Shown here in pieces: positions 18,342-26,741 of a stretch of 57,238 nt of DNA. The stretch is taken from positions 1 to 57,238 of the IMG/VR virus record IMGVR_UViG_3300046167_000088. One strand, 5' to 3'. The notes beneath the pieces were generated by a model. The model had not been told where the DNA came from. It saw only the letters and a list, made by a program, of their open reading frames with translations, and ran no database searches. Origin of the DNA: a virus (taxonomy: Duplodnaviria > Caudoviricetes). A program made the position numbers and the translations under genes. Numbering within the stretch: position 1 is the stretch's first letter; each line of letters starts with the position of its first letter.

Positions 18342-19038
18342 GCCACCTAAGAAGCCCACACGCTCTAGAAGAAAGACAACATATAAGGGTGCAGCAGTAA
18401 AGACTACATCAGGTATACTCCCTAAAACAGATAAACAGAAAGACTTAATAGACGCTATAAAAAGAAACCAACAAGTCCTGATACTAGGTCCTGCTGGTAC
18501 GGGTAAAACTTATGTAACAGCTACTTGTGCTGCAGATTTGTACATCACTAAAGATATAGACAAGATCGTTATAACACGCCCTCACGTAGCTGTAGGTAAA
18601 GACATAGGGTTTCTTCCAGGAACACTCGAAGAGAAGGCTCAGCCGTGGGCGTTGCCCGTCTTAGACGTGCTTATAAAGCATTTAGGTAAGGGTGCTGTAG
18701 ATACGGCTCTAAAGAGTGGTAATATTGAAGTTGCTACACTGGCGTTAATGCGTGGACGTAGCTTCGACAATACGTTCATCATTGTAGATGAAGCACAGAA
18801 TATTGAGATACCAGAGATTAAGATGCTGTTGACTAGGGTAGGTGAAGGTAGTACTATTGTGCTTAACGGCGATATTCAACAATCAGATCTAACAAGAATG
18901 TCTGGTCTTTATAAGATCATACACTTAGCTAAGAAGCATTTGTTAAATGTTCCTGTTGTTGAATTTGGTATTGAAGACATTGTGCGTAGCGGTATATGTG
19001 CGGAATGGGTTAAAGTGTTTATGAAAGAAGGCTTATGA
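18325..19038 (+). CDS. phoH: PhoH-like ATPase
   Basis: GPAGTGKT, GFLPG, MRGRSF, DEAQN, GD..QSD. Confidence 0.95.
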   Translation: MNDNLEPPKKPTRSRRKTTYKGAAVKTTSGILPKTDKQKDLIDAIKRNQQVLILGPAGTGKTYVTATCAADLYITKDIDKIVITRPHVAVGKDIGFLPGTLEEKAQPWALPVLDVLIKHLGKGAVDTALKSGNIEVATLALMRGRSFDNTFIIVDEAQNIEIPEIKMLLTRVGEGSTIVLNGDIQQSDLTRMSGLYKIIHLAKKHLLNVPVVEFGIEDIVRSGICAEWVKVFMKEGL

Positions 19039-19238
19039 AGTTAGAAAAAGAAGCTAAAGAATATGTTGACTCTAAGCAGGAACACTTTGAAGAGATATTA
19101 CTTTACGAGATATATAAGTTAAAAGCCCACTTAAGTAAAAGCCTCTGGGACAGTCCTGAGCTAAATAAAGCTAAAGATTGTCTCACAGAGGCTTCACTGT
19201 GGGCTAAGGAATGTGCTAAGAAGCACGGTATAAAGTAG
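19035..19238 (+). CDS. Small helical protein, Acb2/Tad1-like candidate
   Basis: C-terminal SPELNKAKDCLTEASLWAKE helix. Confidence 0.45.
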   Translation: MKLEKEAKEYVDSKQEHFEEILLYEIYKLKAHLSKSLWDSPELNKAKDCLTEASLWAKECAKKHGIK

Positions 19239-22200
19239 TTACTTCTTTAGCTCCTTAAATATAGTAGCTGATGCCTTACCTGCAGAGATGTATTGCTCTA
19301 TTAGAAGAGCTTCCATAGTGTCTCTTTGATCAGGGTTATTACTGTATTCATCTCTAATATAACGTCTAATAGATTCAAAGTCGTCTCCTATATCAGTATA
19401 ACCATAGCTATCCTTTAAGTAACTAAATCCTATGTCTGCTTTAGTCTTCTCAGACTTAGGCATAGCTCTGTATTTACCTCTTACAAAAGCAAAGTAATCA
19501 TCAGAAAAGTCTTTATCCTTAGACATAGCTTCTAGTTGTTCTCTTGCATACTCCCTAGTGTTACTAACACTTAATTTAATCTTATCATTAAGAAATACTC
19601 TTTGCTCTTCTGGGGTCGCATTCGTGTAATCAGTATCTGTATCTATATATAATTCCATCTCTGCTGCTAAGTTACCCTGTAGAAGTTGCTCTGTAAGTAA
19701 CGTTACAGGCGTATTTCTTTCGTCATAAGGATTATACAACTTAAAAGGATCTAACTGTAATCTAGTTATTTCTTTCTTTAGTTTATTGTTAGGTGCAGTA
19801 CCTTCAAAACCTGTCAACTGTTTCAATAGTGGGTTTCTAATACGTAGTGGTCCTTTACCAAACACATCAAAGCGTATAGGATCATAACCGTTTTCTGTAT
19901 TGTCAGGACCTTTGTTGTACATTGTCTGAAATGTTAACTTAGTTGAGGTGCTGAATAGTTTACCTAAGCTTTGCATAATAGGCGAACCATCATCAAAGTC
20001 AGGTAAGAACCTTGTAAATCTTTGCATGGTAGATAAAGCTATACTACCTGTAGGTGAGAAAGATGTATCTATGAGTGAGACTGTTCCATCTCGTGTCTCA
20101 GGCCTGTAAGAAGACTGTGTATCAAACTGACTATATGCATCTTTAACTACAGACAAAGGATATGTGTAAGATGCAAAGTAATCGCCTATAAGATTTAGTA
20201 GGGGATCAGGGTTATCTGTCTCTATAAACTCTATTACTTTTGTTCCTATACCTGTTGAAGGTCTAAACTCTGTACCTATAACAAGGGCTTGTGCTTCTTT
20301 GAGTAGTACACCAGTATCTTTTTCAGGTGCATCATCGTCCATAGCCCTAGCCGCTAGATTAGCTGCCCAAGCATGTAGAGCTAAAGGTCCTAGTGCCGCT
20401 TGAGCATTATACGTATTGCCCTGACTATCTTCAGCCATGTACCACTCACGCATCTTAGCTATATTATCTTTTTGTGCTGCATATAAACCGCCAAACATAA
20501 CACCACCTGTAGCAAGTTTAGCAAAAGCCTCATCTTCTATTTGACCTGTAGGAGAACCAAATACACCCCTTCTAATGAGCGTCAATCCAGAGTAATCACT
20601 TATAAACTTAGCTTGAGAAGCTATGTATCTAGGGAAAGGGAATAAGATAGTAGCACCAGACTTAGTAATACCATCTACTAACCAACTAGCATTCTTTGCT
20701 GCTTGAGAGGCTTTCTTGTCATACATGTTTGGCAGTCTACGTTGGAACGTAAATGCTAAACTTTCATCTAAAGCTTTGTTAAGAATATCATCAGGAAGTA
20801 TATCTAAGTTACCCTTACCTAGCATATCGTACAGAGATGTACCTAACTCTTTATTGCCTAACTTCTTTAGCTCACGGTCAATAGTTCCTGCTACAACAGC
20901 CTTCTTAAATATATGATCAGACATAGTGTTGAGTGTGTTTGCATACTTACCTGCTTTAGATAGTAAAGTGTTACCTACAAACGCTTGCTCTGCTGTTGCT
21001 GCTTCATAGAAAACCTTACCCATCTTCTCAGGAGAGATCTCTGTAAGCATAGTCATAGCAGTTTCAGCTATATAGTTATCTGTAGTTAAATACTTAAGAT
21101 TATCTAGAGTACCTTGGAATGTTTGTACGGAAGCATCTTTACCTCTCAGAGCTTTAACTACAGATAGGTTTAACTGATCCAGTACATCTATGCCTGTCAT
21201 AGCTACACCAAAGATGTTGTTACGCATGGTTGTTGCAGGTTGTGATGTCATAAAGGCACGTCTAGCAGATTCAATATCTTTAAATGTACGCCAAGCCTTA
21301 CTGCCTAGCTTATCTAAGTTTATTGTAGCTAGATCCATTTCTTTTATTTGTTTCTCTGTCAGGATACCTGTCATACCTGTTTCATACAGAGCTTCCATCT
21401 TCTCTTTAAACTTCTTAGCGTCTAAACTATTAACCTTAAACCCAGCGTTATTCTTTAAGTTCTTCTGCATTACAAGAGTTTTAGCCGCATCAGATACTTC
21501 AGCTGCATATACTGCTGATAATTGTTTAGGTGTAAGAGCATACTTCTCTGCTATCTCTTTAAACAAGCCTTCACCCTTACCTTCAGCAATAGCTCTAGCT
21601 AAGTACTCAGTTACACGTTCACCCTTCTCAGCTTTAACACCTAACTTACTGGCTAGTTCGTATGCCGCCGCACCTAAGCGATGCATTGTCTTCTTGTCAA
21701 AACTAGCAACCATACCTTCAGGTAGTTTATCGCTAAGTAAGTCTACCTTTAAACGTCCACCCTCTTTAACTAATGTAGGATCTATGGAGTAAAGTAGTTT
21801 GTCTGTAGTAAACCTGGCTAAACGTTTATTCTCTGGAGAACCTTTTTTAACACTCTTTAAAGTATTTGACGCTAGTAGTTCTGCGTCCTTGATACGTAAA
21901 GCTTTTTCTTGTCTACCCATATCAAGCTGATCTACAAGCCTGTCGCCCCCACGTTGTTGTAACTTGGATGATAAAGCATAACCAGTACCACCTATAAGAC
22001 CACTAGTCACACCCGATAAAGCTACAGTACCATAGTTAATGTCATAATCTTCACCAATAGGTTTACCTGCTTTGGACTTAATACTTTCTACACCTAGTGC
22101 TGCACCTGCTCCTAGTGAACCATCTATACCTGCCGCTAAAGCTGCTCTACCCAAAGTCTTATTAGCTACTTTACGTATAGCTTGTTGGGCGGCTAATTTG

Positions 22201-22649
22201 GATGTCTGTACAGCTGCTGTGCCTGTTCCTGCAGTAAGAAGCCCAGCGCCTACAGATATAGCTGTTGAGGGTGCTGTAAGAACGCCTTCAGCATAGTCAA
22301 ATATTTTAGCACCACCACGGTCAAACATACCTTCACCCTTGGCATTATCAAAGGCAAATAGAAGCCTACCATAAGACTGCTTCTCGTTTTCTGCTACCAT
22401 CTCATCATCAATATAATAGTAGTCTTTAGCCATAGTAACTTCGTTAGTAGACTGTACACGAAAATGTTCTAGAACTTCATCTACAACATCCTCATTACTC
22501 CACTTAGAAAGTTCTTCTTCTGTCCAGCCCTTACGTTCAGACATAAGAAAGGTATAAGCATCTGTTAAGAACTCTTTATTCTTACTTAGATCAGAAAGCT
22601 TTTTGTCCTGCATATTTTCAGGAGTGTAGTACATGTTTAAATTAGACAT
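19239..22649 (-). CDS. Large internal virion (ejection) protein
   Basis: 1136 aa; last gene of the podovirus structural arm. Confidence 0.65.
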   Translation of the reverse strand: MSNLNMYYTPENMQDKKLSDLSKNKEFLTDAYTFLMSERKGWTEEELSKWSNEDVVDEVLEHFRVQSTNEVTMAKDYYYIDDEMVAENEKQSYGRLLFAFDNAKGEGMFDRGGAKIFDYAEGVLTAPSTAISVGAGLLTAGTGTAAVQTSKLAAQQAIRKVANKTLGRAALAAGIDGSLGAGAALGVESIKSKAGKPIGEDYDINYGTVALSGVTSGLIGGTGYALSSKLQQRGGDRLVDQLDMGRQEKALRIKDAELLASNTLKSVKKGSPENKRLARFTTDKLLYSIDPTLVKEGGRLKVDLLSDKLPEGMVASFDKKTMHRLGAAAYELASKLGVKAEKGERVTEYLARAIAEGKGEGLFKEIAEKYALTPKQLSAVYAAEVSDAAKTLVMQKNLKNNAGFKVNSLDAKKFKEKMEALYETGMTGILTEKQIKEMDLATINLDKLGSKAWRTFKDIESARRAFMTSQPATTMRNNIFGVAMTGIDVLDQLNLSVVKALRGKDASVQTFQGTLDNLKYLTTDNYIAETAMTMLTEISPEKMGKVFYEAATAEQAFVGNTLLSKAGKYANTLNTMSDHIFKKAVVAGTIDRELKKLGNKELGTSLYDMLGKGNLDILPDDILNKALDESLAFTFQRRLPNMYDKKASQAAKNASWLVDGITKSGATILFPFPRYIASQAKFISDYSGLTLIRRGVFGSPTGQIEDEAFAKLATGGVMFGGLYAAQKDNIAKMREWYMAEDSQGNTYNAQAALGPLALHAWAANLAARAMDDDAPEKDTGVLLKEAQALVIGTEFRPSTGIGTKVIEFIETDNPDPLLNLIGDYFASYTYPLSVVKDAYSQFDTQSSYRPETRDGTVSLIDTSFSPTGSIALSTMQRFTRFLPDFDDGSPIMQSLGKLFSTSTKLTFQTMYNKGPDNTENGYDPIRFDVFGKGPLRIRNPLLKQLTGFEGTAPNNKLKKEITRLQLDPFKLYNPYDERNTPVTLLTEQLLQGNLAAEMELYIDTDTDYTNATPEEQRVFLNDKIKLSVSNTREYAREQLEAMSKDKDFSDDYFAFVRGKYRAMPKSEKTKADIGFSYLKDSYGYTDIGDDFESIRRYIRDEYSNNPDQRDTMEALLIEQYISAGKASATIFKELKK

Positions 22650-22651
22650 AT

Positions 22652-24556
22652 TTATTTAGTCCCTATCTTAAGACCTGCTATATTGGGTTTTATACTTGCC
22701 ATTATTTTGATTGCCATAGCTTTTTGTGCGTCAGGTAATTCTGAATCTAATATAGAGCGAAGATCAGAAAGAGTAAATCCTATTGCATCAGGTCTTTTTG
22801 TTCTTAACTCAGGTCTGCTTTCCTTTATCTTTTGGATAGCAGCAGCCATACGTTTATCCCTTTGTATTTGAGCATACTCTTTAGAAGACATTACCTTAAC
22901 TATGGATTCCCATATGCTATCTTTAGGGTTAGCATTAAACTGCTCTTTTAGGTTTGAAGCCTCTTCAGGTTCTAGCTTTTCTTCTATTATCTTTTCTATC
23001 TTTAAATCACTTGGTCTAAGTTTAGGGGAAGTCATAATACCTTTATCTTCGACTTTATCTTCAGCCTTTTCCTCTACTTTTGCAATGCTAACATTATCTT
23101 CAGGTTTTTTATCAAAGTAATCTTTAGCAAAATCACCACCAATGAGACTCATAACACCGTCCATAAAGGTTGAATCTTCAAGCTTTCTAAGGCCTACTGA
23201 ATTAGCTAATGCACTCTTAGGGTCTGCAATCTTTTTCTTAGTAAGATTATCATACCAAGCATTTTCCTCTTCTTTATACGTAGCGTCTTTTAGGTCTAAA
23301 TTAGACAAATCAGAAGTAGGTATATCTTCACCACCTGACACTGCATTTGCTGCTAACCTTTCAGCTACAGACATGGTAGAGGTATCTGTTGTGCTAGTTA
23401 CAGAGTCATTACCATACAAGGCAGGATTAGGTGACACACTAGACAAAGGATCAACTTCTGCAATAGATGAAGAAGTAGTAACAGTACCTAGTATAGCTTC
23501 AATAGTATCATCATCAATATTACCCTTTGACTTAAAAGACTCTATAATAAGTCTAGATGCACTTCCATTGTTTACATTCTTAATGAAGTTATCTACCTCT
23601 TCTTTTGTGTTTATCTCTATTGCAATATCTTGTAAGACTGCATTTCTTTTGTTACCAATACCAAAGCCAAGATCTAAACCTTGAGATAATATCATAGTTT
23701 CAAGTTTAGCAAAAGAACTACCTGCTCTTCTAGCCTTTTGTAATCCATTCATTTTGTCGCCAGCAACAGTAAGAACACTATTCAATCCTGCCTCATCTAA
23801 CTTAATATTACCATTTTCATCTAAAGCACCAAAGGATTGTAGTATATCTTTTTCGTAACGGTTTGAAGTACGCATTAACTGATCTTTATCGTACTCAATG
23901 TCTGGTAAAGTAAAGGGTGAAGCCTGTAATCCTTCAATAGCTGTACCCCGTTGACCTGGAGTATAGTTCAGTAAGCTTTCACCTCTAATACCCATGATTT
24001 CCATGTTATTAACCGCTTCTCTTGCAGAAGTCTTAGGGTTTAACATTAGCGCACTAGATATAGCTTTGCCAAAAGAGTTAGCTTTATGCTCTTCAGATCT
24101 ATTGTTAGGATCTTGTGATAAGTTATATGCATTGTTAGTAAAGATCTTATAGATCATATCCTCTGCAGTAACACCCTGTGGTATCTCAAAGGTTTCAGGT
24201 ATCTTAAGAGTACCCATAATATCTGCTCTAGATAGTTTACCACCATTAGGCATGTTATCGTATTGTTTCTGTGCTGTGTATATACTCTTGTATACACTCT
24301 CAATGTCTGTGTTAGACTGAGCTAAACCAATAAAGTCTTCGTTACTTAAACCGAAGTCTCTCTTAAGGTTATTCATCATTAGAATAGCTGAATCAGCAGA
24401 AGCTCTATCCTTAGCTAAGTAAGGTTCTTTGGCTTTAGCTGTAGCTATCTGCTCATCTTCATACTTATCAAAACGTGATTTACGTTCTTCTATACCTCTA
24501 GCGAACTCTTCACCAAAACCACTTACAAAACCAGATAAAGCTGCACCCTTAATCAT
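22652..24556 (-). CDS. Putative internal virion protein
   Basis: Position; N-terminal GF..GF motif; helical composition. Confidence 0.55.
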   Translation of the reverse strand: MIKGAALSGFVSGFGEEFARGIEERKSRFDKYEDEQIATAKAKEPYLAKDRASADSAILMMNNLKRDFGLSNEDFIGLAQSNTDIESVYKSIYTAQKQYDNMPNGGKLSRADIMGTLKIPETFEIPQGVTAEDMIYKIFTNNAYNLSQDPNNRSEEHKANSFGKAISSALMLNPKTSAREAVNNMEIMGIRGESLLNYTPGQRGTAIEGLQASPFTLPDIEYDKDQLMRTSNRYEKDILQSFGALDENGNIKLDEAGLNSVLTVAGDKMNGLQKARRAGSSFAKLETMILSQGLDLGFGIGNKRNAVLQDIAIEINTKEEVDNFIKNVNNGSASRLIIESFKSKGNIDDDTIEAILGTVTTSSSIAEVDPLSSVSPNPALYGNDSVTSTTDTSTMSVAERLAANAVSGGEDIPTSDLSNLDLKDATYKEEENAWYDNLTKKKIADPKSALANSVGLRKLEDSTFMDGVMSLIGGDFAKDYFDKKPEDNVSIAKVEEKAEDKVEDKGIMTSPKLRPSDLKIEKIIEEKLEPEEASNLKEQFNANPKDSIWESIVKVMSSKEYAQIQRDKRMAAAIQKIKESRPELRTKRPDAIGFTLSDLRSILDSELPDAQKAMAIKIMASIKPNIAGLKIGTK

Positions 24557-24558
24557 TG

Positions 24559-25128
24559 TTATATCTCCTTAGCCATTAAGCCTTTTGGTGCTTCATCAGC
24601 AACTTCTTCTGTTTCTTGAGGCATCTCTTCCATGCCCTCATTCTCTACAAAGTCTACAACAGTTTGCTCTAGCTCCATCCCTGGATCTTCAGGTGTTTCT
24701 GTTAGACCTAACTCTAGTCTTTGTTTTAACTTAAGTGATAACTTACGCTTACGTTTTTCTTCTGCTTCAGCATCCTTGTCTCTAAATTCTTCCATAGTCA
24801 TCTTGTATTCTATGCCAGTTACATCAGCTATCTCTTTTAGTTGCATCGTTAGATAAGGCTTAAGTAAAAGCTTAACGTCTACAGAGTGTATGCCATCCAT
24901 AACTCCATTAGAAAGCATAGCATCAGCTACAACACTTATAGGTAAACCTAAGTCTACCATATCAATAAAGTTATCCTGTACTTGTGGATCTACAAGTTTC
25001 TTCATGTAATGTTCAAACGCATCTAAAGGGTCTGCATGTACAGGAGGGTTTTCCCACGGTGCATTCTTTGGTTCGTCTGTTAGTGACTGACCTGGTATTG
25101 GTCCATCAAATACTGTAGGTGTTGCCAT
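24559..25128 (-). CDS. Conserved structural-region protein
   Basis: PIPGQSLT.EP...PWENPP motif; AGGA RBS before ATG 25128. Confidence 0.75.
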   Translation of the reverse strand: MATPTVFDGPIPGQSLTDEPKNAPWENPPVHADPLDAFEHYMKKLVDPQVQDNFIDMVDLGLPISVVADAMLSNGVMDGIHSVDVKLLLKPYLTMQLKEIADVTGIEYKMTMEEFRDKDAEAEEKRKRKLSLKLKQRLELGLTETPEDPGMELEQTVVDFVENEGMEEMPQETEEVADEAPKGLMAKEI

Positions 25129-25138
25129 TGTGTTTATC

Positions 25139-25561
25139 CTATTTAGTGAAGCCAGCGCCAAAGTAGAGGCCGACTATTGCTGAAACTATGTGTGTGTCTA
25201 GAGGGGTTATAACAAAGCCACGAGCTGCTTTCCAATGTATTGCATCAGGAGCGCCTAAGAGCCAGTTAATGAAGCCACCCTGTACTTCTGTGTAACCAAC
25301 GATTACGCTTACGTCAGGATACCATACTGCTACTAACTTTGGCAATACAATAATAGAGCCTACTGCAGATAAAGCTATGATCCTACGTGTCCAAGCAAAG
25401 TGTTTATCTTTACTGCCATGCTCTCTTGCATCACTGACTGCGCCTACAAGGGCTTTCTGTTGTTCTGCTTTAGCTTTATTGCTTTGACCCCAGATGGACA
25501 TAACTCCACCTAAGACAGTAGAGAAAAGCATTGTGATTAATTCTAGTGGTAATCCAAACAT
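25139..25561 (-). CDS. Membrane protein, holin candidate
   Basis: Two to three hydrophobic segments; C-terminal AIVGLYFG; next to a lysozyme-like gene. Confidence 0.5.
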   Translation of the reverse strand: MFGLPLELITMLFSTVLGGVMSIWGQSNKAKAEQQKALVGAVSDAREHGSKDKHFAWTRRIIALSAVGSIIVLPKLVAVWYPDVSVIVGYTEVQGGFINWLLGAPDAIHWKAARGFVITPLDTHIVSAIVGLYFGAGFTK

Positions 25562-26737
25562 TTACAAAGTTTCCTCTCTTGTAGCAGTAAGAATAGTAGT
25601 ATTACCATTTCTGTCTAGTTTAATAGGAGTTCTGCCATTAGAGAAATCATAAACAATATTATCATCTTTATCTATAAACTCAAACCTTGTACCACCGCTA
25701 CTTGTAGGAATTTGCTTTATGGTTTTAATAGGGGTTAGACTTGAAGAGTCTTCCGTTACTTTGTTCCAATTTAAAGCTCTTCTTTTAGCTAAGCTCATTA
25801 AAGAACCTTTAGTACCATCTTTTGCAGTCATACCAACAAACTCTAATGTATTTTCTAATGAATCTTTAAGATTTGTTTTAGTAGGGGTTTGACCTACAGT
25901 ACCTACATTAAACTGCAAATCTAATATAGCCATCTGAGCGCTGGGAGGAAAAGACTTCCATAGCTTTGCTTTATCTAAAGTATTATACTTTCTTTGTACT
26001 TTCTGATAGTGATATAAGGATACAGCAGCAGCAAATTCAGCATCGGAAGAGTAATCACTTCTACTCATACCTTTAGGTATATTCTTAACACCATAAGCAC
26101 CTGTACGTCTACCGCCTTCAAGAGAAGCGTGTGCTGTTGTGCCTTCATGCTCTGTTAAGTAAGTATCTACAAAGTTATCTTCTAGGTATTGCACTGTTAG
26201 CTTTTGATTTGATAAGGAGGCTTTTTCACCTTTTTTATCAGCCCCCGAAATAAGGTCTTTTTGTACAGGCTTAACCATAAGACCTAATTGATCCTGTTCA
26301 ATAGCTTTAGCTATATCTACAGTAGGCTCTTCCTCTACAAGCTTCTCTGCTGCATCAGCACGTACATCTTTCATTATGTCAGATTCTAGAATATCTCTCT
26401 CTTTTATTATAGACCCAGAGAAGTTCATAGGGTTTATCCTAGCATCACTCTGAAACTTACGTAAGTCTTCATCTGTTATTTCAGGTACAGCTGCACCAGC
26501 GAAGCTCATAGGACGTTGTGATTGATACCTACTTAACTCTTTTTGGCTTATCTCACGTTTCTCTTTAAGTCTAGATAAGCTATCAAGTATCACACTAAAG
26601 GGACTAGGCTTATCGTTACCGCCTATTGCACTACCCATCAAGCCTTGCTTAGGTACAGTTTCACCCTCATCAGAAGAGCGTTTATTCATCTCTTCTTTAA
26701 TCTGCTCAAGCGCTGTTGTTAAGTTTAAACCTACCAT
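25562..26737 (-). CDS. Protein with C-terminal lysozyme-like (GH24) domain
   Basis: LTEHEG...T.AYG...AILDLQFNVG...LAKRR. Confidence 0.55.
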   Translation of the reverse strand: MVGLNLTTALEQIKEEMNKRSSDEGETVPKQGLMGSAIGGNDKPSPFSVILDSLSRLKEKREISQKELSRYQSQRPMSFAGAAVPEITDEDLRKFQSDARINPMNFSGSIIKERDILESDIMKDVRADAAEKLVEEEPTVDIAKAIEQDQLGLMVKPVQKDLISGADKKGEKASLSNQKLTVQYLEDNFVDTYLTEHEGTTAHASLEGGRRTGAYGVKNIPKGMSRSDYSSDAEFAAAVSLYHYQKVQRKYNTLDKAKLWKSFPPSAQMAILDLQFNVGTVGQTPTKTNLKDSLENTLEFVGMTAKDGTKGSLMSLAKRRALNWNKVTEDSSSLTPIKTIKQIPTSSGGTRFEFIDKDDNIVYDFSNGRTPIKLDRNGNTTILTATREETL

Positions 26738-26741
26738 TGTA

